Below, one piece after another: positions 21,458-31,233 of a DNA stretch of 64,000 nucleotides. Source of the DNA: a virus. The stretch covers positions 25,214 to 89,213 of IMG/VR virus record IMGVR_UViG_3300045125_000140; one strand, 5' to 3'. The position numbers and the translations under genes are program-made. The notes under the pieces were generated by a model, which made no database searches, was not told where the DNA came from, and was given only the letters and a program-made list of their open reading frames with translations. Each line of letters begins with the position of its first letter. The stretch's first letter is position 1.

Positions 21458-21799
21458 ATGGTTAGTACGGCTAAAATAAGGAGAATGGCCGAGCTGCTGA
21501 GCAAAATCAATGATATTATCAGCAGGTCCGCGGTCATCGCCTTATCTCAAATCAATGAACACACTCCGCCGCATAAACGATTTATCGAGCGGGTGATGTT
21601 CGATGCGATCCTAGAATCGATCGCAAATACTCACGAATCCGAGATCCAGCAATTCATGCAGGATTTTCGGGAGATCGCTTCTATGCTCCGAGAATTCTCT
21701 GCCGACGACTTTAAGCAGGCGTTGGCTCAATCCGTAGTGGCGTCGGCCAGTCCGGACGGTTGGGCGATGCTTCTGTCTATTACAGGAGGGCGAGAGTAA
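21458..21799 (+). CDS. Hypothetical protein
   Basis: 113 aa with GGGAGG RBS and upstream TATAAT. Confidence 0.7.
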   Translation: MVSTAKIRRMAELLSKINDIISRSAVIALSQINEHTPPHKRFIERVMFDAILESIANTHESEIQQFMQDFREIASMLREFSADDFKQALAQSVVASASPDGWAMLLSITGGRE

Positions 21800-22146
21800 T
21801 GTTTTGGATTATCGTTACAGCAATTGTCTGCACATATATCGGGCGTCGGCTCTCGGCCTCCAAAATCAATATTCCTCAAGTAATCGTTCACCCTATTGAT
21901 GGGGTGCTCGGGTACATCAGAAGAGGAAACGACGTGGGCTGTAGCGCCTACGCAATTATCGTGATGGATGACGGCAGGGTTAACTCCCCCGTCAGAGTCG
22001 AGGTCATTCCCGGAAACGGGAGGAACCTTGAGTCATTCAACGTTACTGGTCATGCATTCGAGCGGCCTTCGCCAGATCAGGTGTCCCGCCGAATAGCCAT
22101 GATCATAGCCCAAGGGCATTTTAAATATCTGGAAGAAAAGAGATGA
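21799..22146 (+). CDS. Membrane-anchored hypothetical protein
   Basis: Starts MFWIIVTAIVC with an AGGAGG RBS; followed by a basic 41-aa ORF 22143..22268. Confidence 0.65.
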   Translation: MFWIIVTAIVCTYIGRRLSASKINIPQVIVHPIDGVLGYIRRGNDVGCSAYAIIVMDDGRVNSPVRVEVIPGNGRNLESFNVTGHAFERPSPDQVSRRIAMIIAQGHFKYLEEKR

Positions 22147-22309
22147 GCAAGGCAAAGATAAATAAAGCAATAAGGCTCTTAAAGAACACCGACGTGCGAC
22201 CTTTCGTGTCGCTCACGCTTCTGCGGTATCTTCTAGCTCAAAAGAAGAAGAAAAAGAAACCTGAATAATCAGGGATAAGTGGGGATAGCTACCCCACTTA
22301 TTTTTTACC

Positions 22310-22633
22310 TCAATTAGCTACTGCGCCAGGAGGTGCGGATGACTGGAACGACATGCTCGCTCCGCCGGTGGGGTCTTTACCGCCACGGAAGGCGTTAACT
22401 GCGTTTCTGATTCCAGTGAGCTTTTCGTGCCACCCACCAAGTGGGTTGTCGGTACCTTCTCCCATACCAGCTTGTCCTGCCGATTGACCGCCGCGAATCG
22501 CTCCCATCGCCGATAGGCCGCTGGCGAGGGCGCCAGCACCTCTAAGAGCTGTCCCGACTACGCCAATAAACCCAACCTTAGTCAGCTCGTCGGTAAAACC
22601 GAATTCGATCTTGGAAAGTCTTGAATCACGCAT
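22310..22633 (-). CDS. Tagged Gly-rich protein
   Basis: IEFGFTDELTKVG. Confidence 0.7.
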   Translation of the reverse strand: MRDSRLSKIEFGFTDELTKVGFIGVVGTALRGAGALASGLSAMGAIRGGQSAGQAGMGEGTDNPLGGWHEKLTGIRNAVNAFRGGKDPTGGASMSFQSSAPPGAVAN

Positions 22634-22958
22634 TCGGAGCTCCGACCTGCTGCGCCATCAGCGCCTTCTCTTTCATAGCCTGATTCTTCAGAAATCCGGA
22701 AAGACCTCCGAGAATGGATCCGCCGAGAAGAAGGCCGCCCGAGAGCAGTGGGCTCATCGAAGCGAAGTTACCGGCGTTAGCGATCGCCGTTCCAAGAAGT
22801 CCGGTGGCGGCACCGCCGGCGACGCTCTTCCCGACGCTTTGAGATCCTGGAGCAAGCATCCCGCCCATTAAAGATCCCCAAACCGCGGGGCTCATGTCCG
22901 CAGTTTTTTGGAGTTCGTCCATGAACGCGCGTTCGATTATGTCAATCTTTATAGTCAA
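22626..22958 (-). CDS. Tagged glycine-zipper protein
   Basis: IERAFMDELQKTAD. Confidence 0.75.
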   Translation of the reverse strand: MTIKIDIIERAFMDELQKTADMSPAVWGSLMGGMLAPGSQSVGKSVAGGAATGLLGTAIANAGNFASMSPLLSGGLLLGGSILGGLSGFLKNQAMKEKALMAQQVGAPNA

Positions 22959-22969
22959 AGTTGTGTCCC

Positions 22970-23566
22970 TCAGCGCACCGGGTTTGGGGGAAGCTGTCCG
23001 GCTTTAATCTTAGCGAGGGCGAGCTCGTTTTGGTATTTGTTTGCTTTCGTAAATCCGGCAACGCCGCCCATCAAGGCACCCAGCCCGAGTATGGGCAAAG
23101 AGGCCATCGGATTTATTGCTGTCGCTCCGGTAGCCAGTAAGTTAAGTCCGTGAGTCAGACCGCCTATGCCTAATCCGCCGATTAAGCCTCTACCGAACCC
23201 ACCGGCCCTAGACATGCCAGGTTTAGCTAACATACTCCCGCCGTACATCATACCGTAGAGAGCGGGGCTGATGAGGGGGAACGAAGATTTTACGGCGCCG
23301 TCGGCGACCCCAACTCCTGGAGTCAGCTTAGCGGCTGCAGCCGGATCAGCGGCACTCGATGTTATATGCGCGTCCGCTCCAGTGTCGTGGAGCATGTTGT
23401 GGCCGAAGGACTTAATCCCGCTCCAAGTAGAATCGGCTATTCCTTTGATATTTTCGCCAACGCCTTTAAGCCCTGCGCCTATGGAGCTGAAATCGACGCC
23501 TTCTAAAAATCCGAGTTTTTCAAGCTCGGAAATAAATCCACGTTGTATAGCGTCTGAGCGGTCCAT
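22970..23566 (-). CDS. Tagged glycine-zipper protein
   Basis: IQRGFISELEKLG. Confidence 0.75.
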   Translation of the reverse strand: MDRSDAIQRGFISELEKLGFLEGVDFSSIGAGLKGVGENIKGIADSTWSGIKSFGHNMLHDTGADAHITSSAADPAAAAKLTPGVGVADGAVKSSFPLISPALYGMMYGGSMLAKPGMSRAGGFGRGLIGGLGIGGLTHGLNLLATGATAINPMASLPILGLGALMGGVAGFTKANKYQNELALAKIKAGQLPPNPVR

Positions 23567-23607
23567 CTACCTATAAGTTTAGCTTCGGCTTTGGGCTGAT
23601 CCACAAA

Positions 23608-24138
23608 TCAAAGTTCCGGGAAGAACACCTGGTCGTTTCTTCTATAATCTTTGGTTTTGTGCCACAGATCGGGATCAACAAAAGACGGGTCGTAAAAGCG
23701 GATATAGTTGTTCGGATATAGAACTAAATGGCCGTTGTTGAGCAGAAGAAGATTAAGCGGCTTGTGCTGCTCCGGAGATCGGATGAACCCGCCGTCATAC
23801 CAATCCAGGATCATTCCGGAGTGTCGGCCGCTAACTCCTCCGACCTCGCAACCCAGCCCTTCCAGATAGGGCATGTGCGACATGAACGGCTGAGAACCCA
23901 TGCAGCCCCATGGCTGGCACTGCTTATGGTCCCAGGTCGGCGGCGTATCTAGATGAGTGATCCCATGTAGGGGAACGCCCGACCAATGCGCGCCAGTCTC
24001 AAGGAGCAGGTTTCCGTAAACAACCTGACCTGGCCGAGTATATAGCCCATGAAGGACGGCTCGAGTAGTGCCGGCGCATTTAGAAATAAAAGAGTTAGAA
24101 ACGATAACATAGAGGTGGTGCGGAAGTGCGGTGTGCAT
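23608..24138 (-). CDS. Hypothetical phage protein
   Basis: 176-aa ORF with LLETGAHWSGVPLH and LYPNNYIRFYDPSF. Confidence 0.7.
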   Translation of the reverse strand: MHTALPHHLYVIVSNSFISKCAGTTRAVLHGLYTRPGQVVYGNLLLETGAHWSGVPLHGITHLDTPPTWDHKQCQPWGCMGSQPFMSHMPYLEGLGCEVGGVSGRHSGMILDWYDGGFIRSPEQHKPLNLLLLNNGHLVLYPNNYIRFYDPSFVDPDLWHKTKDYRRNDQVFFPEL

Positions 24139-24153
24139 TTATCCAGCTGGTCA

Positions 24154-24507
24154 TCAATACGCCTTATCCGGATTCGAGATGTTGGTGATCTGGTATGGAA
24201 CTTGATTAACCTCAGCCGGATCTGATCTTATCGTATCGCCATGTGTTTTGGAAGGGGGCACAGCCATTCTTGGAGATTTTTTATGCCCGTGTTTATGCTC
24301 ACGATAAGACGGATATCTGCGATCCTCGTGACCAGTTCCTAAATAGTTACCGCGGACGTCGGTATCTATTCCGTGATCTGTATGTCTGCTGGAATTATAG
24401 TCCGTGATTTTCTCAACAGGGCCGTCGTGATGCAAGCCCGAGTATCTGGAGTAATACTCGGCAATCTTGGTCAGCTCTGATATAAAACCGCGGAATATTG
24501 GGCTCAC
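24154..24507 (-). CDS. Tagged His-rich protein
   Basis: IFRGFISELTKIAE. Confidence 0.7.
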   Translation of the reverse strand: MSPIFRGFISELTKIAEYYSRYSGLHHDGPVEKITDYNSSRHTDHGIDTDVRGNYLGTGHEDRRYPSYREHKHGHKKSPRMAVPPSKTHGDTIRSDPAEVNQVPYQITNISNPDKAY

Positions 24508-26150
24508 AGCTTAATCAACATTTCTAGGAACATGGGCCACTGCTTCTCGGCTGACGGGCCCAACCCGCCCTGGTCTACCTGAAGCTTATCTGGGGCAGGC
24601 GGAGTCGCTCCCGAGTCGATCGCCGAGAAGTTCATACCGATGTGTCCGAACATCGTCTTATTCAGCGCGACTTCCATATCCTTGTACTTCGTTCCAAACT
24701 TGGACTCGACGTACGGCCACAAGCGATACCAGAACGAGATGTGGGATATGGCGTTCTCGGACGGGTTGGTCGGTGTGCCGCTCGGCACATTAACGTGATA
24801 CTGCGCCTGCGCGATTCCTTTATCCTGGTTGCGCCAACCGACACCGTATTGGCAATACCAATCGAGCATTTGATAAAGGCGCGCTTCGTGGTGGCGGCAG
24901 ATATTTACTTCCGTCATCCACTTAAGGGCGTAGTAGAAGAAGGTCATGCCTTCCCAGGCGTCGGTATACGTCTTGACGTAATCGTTCGGAATCCAGAGCT
25001 CGTCCGGCTTAAGGACGGTGAAGAAGTAGTTGATGAAGGACTCGGCCTTGTCGAGGAACTTAACGCCTGAATCAAGGACGTTGTCCTTGTACATTATCCA
25101 GAGGTTCTGGAGATATCGGCCAGCCATGCGGCCGCCTGCGGCGCGAGGCCACACGACCGAATTAGATCGGTTGAGCAGCGACGTCTTGCGTACCTGAAGC
25201 GCGCGCTCGAAGATCGGCTCGGGGCTTATCTTGTTTGCGATTACAAGACTGGTGTCCCACTCTTTTGCGGCCGCCGGCGCCTGGAAGAAGCCGAGACGGT
25301 TTCCCTTCTCCCACTTCCAGTAGCCGTAGTACGGGTGGAGAACGTCCGCCATATCGTACAGGCCGTAATTGATCTTCTTGCGGAGAAGCATCAGGCCCAT
25401 CTCGAGCGCTACGCGATCGTCGTTAAGTAGGTAGTTAACCAAGAAGTACAACGGATGATCGTAGTGCTCGTTGGTGAGGCCGTCCGAGTTTGCCCAGATA
25501 GATACGAAGCCGTATTGCGACTTCATGTAGGACAACGGCGGGAAGTTGCCCCAACGCTTGTTGTATGACTCGGGCCAGATCCACCAGCCGAAGTTACGTT
25601 CTACCGCCGAGGGGTTGAAGCTGTCGTTGGTTACGCGGTAGAAGCTGAGGATGCGGCGAAGTGCGGGCTGCTCGGTCAACAACTTGTAGTCGAAGTTTAG
25701 GAGCTTGAGGCACTCGATGGATACATCCTTCGGGGCAACGAAGGGCTCATTGTGCGGGCGGAATCGTACCGAGAAGCAATCGCTGCCGTCTAGAAGATGG
25801 AAGTCGTTGGAGAGCGGGAGCAGCGGCGTCGGTACTTTCGGATCGCCTTGATCGAGCAGGATGTATATCCCGTCTGTCGACTCCGGCCCGTTCATTCGCC
25901 GCGCCGATCCTATATTGAGGAGCTCGGGAAGTAGAACCGGGTCGTGCGCGATTACGCTCTTGAGGTACACAGGCTGTCCGGCGTACGTAACCGAGTTGAG
26001 CGTGAGGTGGTACGGACGGCCCATGTTGTGGATGCGGACTACGTTGTCCGGGGTGATCTCGCACACGACGCGGCCGCTGTACACGGTCTTCTTGTCGATG
26101 CCGCTAAGCTCTACAACCAGGCCGTCGTGGAATTCAATTCTTGCTCTCAT
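24504..26150 (-). CDS. Aromatic-rich hypothetical protein, possibly an alpha/alpha-barrel enzyme
   Basis: Intact 548-aa ORF rich in Trp/Tyr; the fold is a guess. Confidence 0.75.
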   Translation of the reverse strand: MRARIEFHDGLVVELSGIDKKTVYSGRVVCEITPDNVVRIHNMGRPYHLTLNSVTYAGQPVYLKSVIAHDPVLLPELLNIGSARRMNGPESTDGIYILLDQGDPKVPTPLLPLSNDFHLLDGSDCFSVRFRPHNEPFVAPKDVSIECLKLLNFDYKLLTEQPALRRILSFYRVTNDSFNPSAVERNFGWWIWPESYNKRWGNFPPLSYMKSQYGFVSIWANSDGLTNEHYDHPLYFLVNYLLNDDRVALEMGLMLLRKKINYGLYDMADVLHPYYGYWKWEKGNRLGFFQAPAAAKEWDTSLVIANKISPEPIFERALQVRKTSLLNRSNSVVWPRAAGGRMAGRYLQNLWIMYKDNVLDSGVKFLDKAESFINYFFTVLKPDELWIPNDYVKTYTDAWEGMTFFYYALKWMTEVNICRHHEARLYQMLDWYCQYGVGWRNQDKGIAQAQYHVNVPSGTPTNPSENAISHISFWYRLWPYVESKFGTKYKDMEVALNKTMFGHIGMNFSAIDSGATPPAPDKLQVDQGGLGPSAEKQWPMFLEMLIKL

Positions 26151-26151
26151 A

Positions 26152-26364
26152 TTAGCGCATCTTACCGTAAAGCTTTTGTTTCTGCAAGGCGGAGTTAATA
26201 GCCCGAGATATTGCCTGTATTTTCGACTTGGACACAGGCTTAGCCGAAGGAACCTTCATCGGCTTAGGAAGCGATAGTTTCTTTGTCGGCGAGTTAAGAA
26301 GCGATCGTTTCTTAACTGCGCCGGCTAACTTCGTCAGGGAGGATATAAATGAGTCAGAGAACAA
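26152..26364 (-). CDS. Basic small protein with degenerate tag
   Basis: SFISSLTKLAG. Confidence 0.55.
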   Translation of the reverse strand: MFSDSFISSLTKLAGAVKKRSLLNSPTKKLSLPKPMKVPSAKPVSKSKIQAISRAINSALQKQKLYGKMR

Positions 26365-26403
26365 GAGGACGCTCCACTAACTAATTATACCCAAATACCG
26401 GCA

Positions 26404-26670
26404 TCAGTGCTTGCCGCGGTTATAGGACTTGGACGTGACCGATATGTTGCTGGTTCCGTTATTACGAGGATTTCCGTCCTTATGGTCTATGTCCTTGCCG
26501 TCGTTCTTGCTCACCCTGCCCGACGCTAATAGCCGCCTTCGAATCTTGTTCCGATGCGCTCTGTCTACCTTGGAAGCCCGCGACGCCTGAAACTTTCTAT
26601 ATTCGTCCTTATAGTCGCGGGCGGCCAACTTCTCCAGCTCGTCAAAGAACCCATATTGAAATGGATTCAT
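26404..26670 (-). CDS. Tagged HNH-like protein
   Basis: MNPFQYGFFDELEKLAA followed by RDYKDEY...KDIDHKDGNPRNN...N...SYNR. Confidence 0.75.
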   Translation of the reverse strand: MNPFQYGFFDELEKLAARDYKDEYRKFQASRASKVDRAHRNKIRRRLLASGRVSKNDGKDIDHKDGNPRNNGTSNISVTSKSYNRGKH

Positions 26671-27002
26671 TGGGCACCCGCCTTGATTGATCTCGCGATT
26701 TGATCGTATTTATAAGACGGAAGTGTTCTTGACGTATCTCGCCAGTTATTTTTCATGGCGGCGACAAATCCGTCCGGAGCCGGCTTCCAGTCAGTCCAAG
26801 CCGCGTTGTTCTCGGGCGTCACCAAGCTGTATGTCGGGTTGGGCGGCTTAATGGGATTGCCTTGCATATCGCGATGCGCGCCGTCGGGCGTGACGGCCCA
26901 CCTGAACGCCTTACCGTGATGCGCGTCCCAGTCGATGGGTTCGCGCTCGGCGGCGATCTTACGCAGCTCGTCGAAGAATCCTAATTCGAAGGCACGCACC
27001 AC
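26667..27002 (-). CDS. Tagged protein
   Basis: RAFELGFFDELRKIAA. Confidence 0.75.
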   Translation of the reverse strand: MVRAFELGFFDELRKIAAEREPIDWDAHHGKAFRWAVTPDGAHRDMQGNPIKPPNPTYSLVTPENNAAWTDWKPAPDGFVAAMKNNWRDTSRTLPSYKYDQIARSIKAGAQ

Positions 27003-27008
27003 GGCGTA

Positions 27009-27311
27009 TCAGCAGTTCCAGGCCCGAAGCGACTTATTGATTCTCGAGTCCGGATCTCTCGAGGTCTTGGCAGAGGTCAGCTTCGCCTTCATCCCACGCA
27101 TACGTGCGCAGAAAGATTTGCGGCGAGAGGCGTCCTTCTTGGTGCGGGGATTTGGCGCCGGCGCTTTTAGATTTCCGCCGTGAGCTCTGTTGTAGGACGC
27201 ACGTCCTTTAGCGTTGAGTCCGCCGCGAGGGTTCTTACCCTCTTTGCGGGTCCAAGCTTCGGAGGCGATCTTTTCCAGCTCATCAAAAAATCCGAATTCA
27301 AAGCTGTTCAT
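27009..27311 (-). CDS. Tagged basic phage protein
   Basis: MNSFEFGFFDELEKIAS followed by AWTRKEGKNPRGGLNAKGRASYN...RRKSFCARM. Confidence 0.8.
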   Translation of the reverse strand: MNSFEFGFFDELEKIASEAWTRKEGKNPRGGLNAKGRASYNRAHGGNLKAPAPNPRTKKDASRRKSFCARMRGMKAKLTSAKTSRDPDSRINKSLRAWNC

Positions 27312-27318
27312 GATAATC

Positions 27319-28052
27319 TCACGTGTAGTTATGTTTGGATCTAACCCGCGCCGCCGGCGTATTAGATACGAATTGGTTAGAGGAACTTAATTTCTTCTTG
27401 TCCGTGGCGACCTGCTCACCTTTTGAGAGGCTCTTCCACTTTTTCTCTGGGAGATAGCGGGAGGTGCGGCCGCTGTCCTTTTTGCGATAGGGCTGGTGCC
27501 CGGCCGAGTTCGCCACTTCTGTTTCGTCCACTTGACCATTTTGTTGGACGATGCAGACGGCTTACGGCCAGAATATCCGCCGCCGCTTTTCTTGTATATT
27601 TTCGTTGCAAGTTGCATCGCCCTGGCTGAGTGCTTACCGCCCATACGGGCTTTGGCCTGAGCCTTGGCCCGAGCCCACAGAGACGGATTTTTCTTGGTGG
27701 CCACGCCTTTGGCGGCCCCGGTCTTGTTCATATCCGCTGCTTCGCGAAGCGCCTGGCGAAGTTTGCGAACGCGATCTAACTTCTCACCTACATGATGTTT
27801 AACATCATGCACGCCCTTAGCCACGACGGGAATAGCCGCGGCGGCCGCGCCAGGGCCCCAGGCAAAAGTCGTGTCGCCTCTTGAAAGTCCCGCCATGGCG
27901 GCGGGGATCGCGCTCATCGCTGCCGTGGACGCGGAGTCCTTGGCGATTGGTTTGGCGGATCGCCTAAGTGCAATCGTATACTCTCGAAGCGTATCGCCGA
28001 GAGCGCCTAGCTTTTCCAGCTCGTCAAAAAATCCATATTCAAGAGCGTTCAT
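27319..28052 (-). CDS. Tagged two-part basic protein; frameshift near 27480
   Basis: MNALEYGFFDELEKLG; internal MNKTGA then NPSLWARAK...HSARAMQLATKIYKKSGGGY; C-terminus RYLPEKKWKSLS in another frame. Confidence 0.7.
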
Positions 28053-28062
28053 CTATATACCA

Positions 28063-28707
28063 CTAATCTCGCTTATTAAGACGCTTCCAATGCTTGTAGG
28101 CATCACGCTCGTCGAGAGTTGACAACGTCCCTCCCGTAAGCGCGCCTAAGAGAGCGGTTATAAGCGGAACCCCAGTGTTTCCATCGGTCATGGCCTCGAG
28201 GGGAAGACCGGCTAAACCTCCGAGGAGCCCGCCGCCAAGAGCTGATTTCAATACGCGAAGAGGCGCGGTAGCAGTGCGTGTGTGCCCGCCGAGGCCGGCC
28301 ACTGCAAAGTCGGAGGCCGCAATCTTTTGCAGCTCATCGAAGAAGCCGTACTCGAAAGCACCCTTCTTCTCGATAGCCTCCAGGCGCTCGTAATAATCCT
28401 TATCCTCGGTGAGGTGGTCCTTCGCGATCTCCTTCGCGATCTGTTTCTTCTTGGTGTGCTCGCGTTCGTGCTTAACGCCCTCTTTGAGTTTTTCTTTATT
28501 AAACTCGGAGTCGGGCTTGTTGTCGCCCTTACCGCCCTCGAGGATCTCGCCGTTATTCGGATGCTCGTCTTCCATCTCTTCCTCGGCTTTCTTGGTGTGC
28601 CAGGGAAGGCCTTTATTCTTCGCACCCTTTTCGTGCGCCCAGCGCTTGGCGATTTTAGGGTGCTTCGCCCACATCAGGCGGCGTTGTGCTTCTGATTTAA
28701 ACGGCAT
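28063..28707 (-). CDS. Multi-module protein with internal tag
   Basis: MPFKSEAQRR module, GVKHEREHT...AKDHLTEDKDYY module, internal AFEYGFFDELQKIAA, then a glycine zipper. Confidence 0.8.
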   Translation of the reverse strand: MPFKSEAQRRLMWAKHPKIAKRWAHEKGAKNKGLPWHTKKAEEEMEDEHPNNGEILEGGKGDNKPDSEFNKEKLKEGVKHEREHTKKKQIAKEIAKDHLTEDKDYYERLEAIEKKGAFEYGFFDELQKIAASDFAVAGLGGHTRTATAPLRVLKSALGGGLLGGLAGLPLEAMTDGNTGVPLITALLGALTGGTLSTLDERDAYKHWKRLNKRD

Positions 28708-28714
28708 GGTTATC

Positions 28715-29056
28715 TCATTTATACGGGCGTTTCATCCCGAGCGTTGTTTCGAATTTAGTGGTAGGCGGATCATCAGCAGTGGGCCGTCCGTCATGCTTCT
28801 CTGGGCGCGTCTTCATAAAGACATACCAGTGGAACCACGCGATCCACCACCACAGTACAGATATTCCAATATTGAGGCAGATCTCAGCTTTGGGAACTGC
28901 CGTCATCGAGGCGGCGGCGAAAGCGTGCCCGATAATTATGAACGTCATCGCGCTCTTTAGAACAAAGTGCGACACTCTAGAGAAGGTGTGCACCGCACTG
29001 TCTGGACGACCAAATATCATAAAAGGAGGCAGAGCATTCCGCTGAATCCGACGCAA
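28715..29056 (-). CDS. Membrane protein
   Basis: Two hydrophobic helices; adjacent to the holin-like gene. Confidence 0.55.
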   Translation of the reverse strand: MRRIQRNALPPFMIFGRPDSAVHTFSRVSHFVLKSAMTFIIIGHAFAAASMTAVPKAEICLNIGISVLWWWIAWFHWYVFMKTRPEKHDGRPTADDPPTTKFETTLGMKRPYK

Positions 29057-29095
29057 TGCGCTGCCGAGTTTATAATTATCGGAACGAGCTCCATA

Positions 29096-29395
29096 CTACT
29101 CTCCCGGGCCGGATAATTTCTGCATTAACTTAGAACTGAACTTCTCCACAACTCTTAATCCGAGATGTCCGGTCAGGAAGGCGACCGCATACGTAAGAGA
29201 TTGCGAAGTTATGTGCGCCAGTTCGACAATAAGTGGAGTGAGGTAATTGGCCGCCACTGCTCCCCCAAAAAGAGCGAGTAGCGTCTCTCTCCACGTAATA
29301 GCCGACGTCCTGCTGATCGAGAGGATTGCGCCTGCAAGACCTGCGAGGAATAGGGCTACATTTATTCCCATGTCTTTGAAGTTAGAATCGTTCAT
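29096..29395 (-). CDS. Putative holin-like three-helix membrane protein
   Basis: LAGLAGAIL, GAVAANYLTPLI and AVAFLTGHLGLRVVE. Confidence 0.65.
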   Translation of the reverse strand: MNDSNFKDMGINVALFLAGLAGAILSISRTSAITWRETLLALFGGAVAANYLTPLIVELAHITSQSLTYAVAFLTGHLGLRVVEKFSSKLMQKLSGPGE

Positions 29396-29401
29396 ATAAC
29401 C

Positions 29402-29725
29402 CTATTCAGAGGCCAGATTCAAAATGAAAGATCGAACAAACAAGCTGTCGGTAAGTCCGGCCTCTTTTTGAACGCCGTCTTCCGACTGCTTGTTTGTATT
29501 GGGGGTCGACTCTTTCGCCTTCGGGGCCTCGGGTTTTTTAGTAACTGGTTTTTTAGAGGCGAGTCTGCTAAGTACATACGCCGCAAGCATGCCGGCGTAA
29601 AGTGGCCTTGTTATAGACTCAGATTTAATCTTGCCTTTGGAGAAGGACTGGGTCAGCGTTCCCGCTACCCCAGCCCCGGTTACTCCGGAGGACAAAGATT
29701 TGATGTGGTCAAATATAGAGGCCAC
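29402..29725 (-). CDS. Hypothetical protein
   Basis: 107 aa with an internal QKEAG. Confidence 0.55.
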   Translation of the reverse strand: MASIFDHIKSLSSGVTGAGVAGTLTQSFSKGKIKSESITRPLYAGMLAAYVLSRLASKKPVTKKPEAPKAKESTPNTNKQSEDGVQKEAGLTDSLFVRSFILNLASE

Positions 29726-29761
29726 TGATACCGTCGATTAGTCTGCTAGATAGTTACGGTA

Positions 29762-30334
29762 TCAGTACTTCGGACCGAGCTTCCAACCTTCAGCTTTATC
29801 CGTTGCAGCTGGAGGCATAGCGTTGGGGCCTACCTTCTCGGTGTAGCCGCCTTCATTTAGGATCTTGGGAAGAACTTTAAGCGCTGATCCTTGAGTGTAC
29901 TGGGGCTCGTGATGAGGCGAGTAGTCTTCTATCCCGTACGGATCCAACTCATGGATGGAGAGTGGGGCTTTAGAAGCGCCGCCGCCGAATAATCCCTTAA
30001 TCTTCTCTAAGATTGAGGACCCCTTCAACTTCTCCATGATTGAATCACCGAGTCCGAAGTGATGGGCAGCGCCTAAGGCGCCGGCACCGAGGGCGCCTCC
30101 GAGAAGCATCTTCTTTCTGTTTGCGCTCTGACTTGCCGCAGCCGCCGCAAGGGCGGCTTGTCTGGCCTGATCGTCCTTATGGCCCTGATACATTTTGTAA
30201 CCGCCATAACCGAGACCGCCTACAGCTAGGAGCTTAAGCAGATTGGCCATGTTTGCGGAGCCTTTAGCTGGGGCTGCCTGATCCTCAGCAATCTTAACAA
30301 ACTCGCGCATAAAAGTACGTTCAAACGAATTCAT
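29762..30334 (-). CDS. Tagged glycine-zipper protein
   Basis: MNSFERTFMREFVKIAE. Confidence 0.75.
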   Translation of the reverse strand: MNSFERTFMREFVKIAEDQAAPAKGSANMANLLKLLAVGGLGYGGYKMYQGHKDDQARQAALAAAAASQSANRKKMLLGGALGAGALGAAHHFGLGDSIMEKLKGSSILEKIKGLFGGGASKAPLSIHELDPYGIEDYSPHHEPQYTQGSALKVLPKILNEGGYTEKVGPNAMPPAATDKAEGWKLGPKY

Positions 30335-30374
30335 GGTGTCTCCGGTAAAGTTTGACCCACATTTAGTATGTGGA

Positions 30375-30767
30375 TTATCTGATGCGCCTCATTGTTTGAA
30401 TGAAGCTTTCTGATGCCTTTTTTACCATCTTATTTGAAGACGGCTTTGAGTTGTCGAGAATATCCGGAATTTCGGGCAATTGGATGAGCGGCTTATTCTC
30501 AGAAAGTCGCTTAAGAGCTCTGGCGCCTTCAGTAACGGCAACACCGCCAAGCAATGCGCCGCCAATGTCTTTCAGACGCTGATTGAATTTGGCCGATTCC
30601 GTGAGCTGCTTCTGCTGTTCTAGCAGCTGCTTCTCCATTTTACGGGAGCGGATATTCGAGTGGACCGCGTCGGCTATGCCGGCTACGGAGATAGCGGGCA
30701 TAACCCACTCCGGCATCCACTCCGGCAACCAGCCTACCACAGCTGCTTTTTCAAGGTGCTTAGACAT
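30375..30767 (-). CDS. Hypothetical protein with KxA motifs
   Basis: HLEKAA and VKKASESF. Confidence 0.65.
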   Translation of the reverse strand: MSKHLEKAAVVGWLPEWMPEWVMPAISVAGIADAVHSNIRSRKMEKQLLEQQKQLTESAKFNQRLKDIGGALLGGVAVTEGARALKRLSENKPLIQLPEIPDILDNSKPSSNKMVKKASESFIQTMRRIR

Positions 30768-30769
30768 AA

Positions 30770-31213
30770 TTAAACAACTCTTCCAAATCTAGGAGTTGCT
30801 GGCAGAAGACCTCGGAGCCCGGCTCCGATGGATCTGAATACGCGTCCGAACACTCCGGGGCGCAAGCCCTGCTTAGCTGCTCTGGCTCTGGCCAGATCGG
30901 AGGCGGCCATGGGAAGGGCCCTAGCTGCGTTTCTTAGAGCGAATTGACGCTCCTCAAGACCACGGGTGTATTCTCTCGGATCCATGGTTCCGTGATACCG
31001 GCCGCCGTATCCATAGTCTTGTCGGTATCTGTTCAGCTCTCGTTGCATGTCCGCGCGGTGAGCCGCTGCGTCCGACAATGCCTCGTGGTAACTTCCCGCA
31101 GGAATATCCCCTCGAGGTTCTCCTATCGGGACATTGGGCGACGGAGTTCCGAGCTGAGCGGCTTGCTTTTTAATCTGCCACTTGAATTCGGTAAGTAGTG
31201 ATTTGTTGGACAT
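30770..31213 (-). CDS. Hypothetical protein
   Basis: 147 aa with IKKQAA. Confidence 0.65.
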   Translation of the reverse strand: MSNKSLLTEFKWQIKKQAAQLGTPSPNVPIGEPRGDIPAGSYHEALSDAAAHRADMQRELNRYRQDYGYGGRYHGTMDPREYTRGLEERQFALRNAARALPMAASDLARARAAKQGLRPGVFGRVFRSIGAGLRGLLPATPRFGRVV

Positions 31214-31233
31214 GGGTATCTCCTACTTAATTA

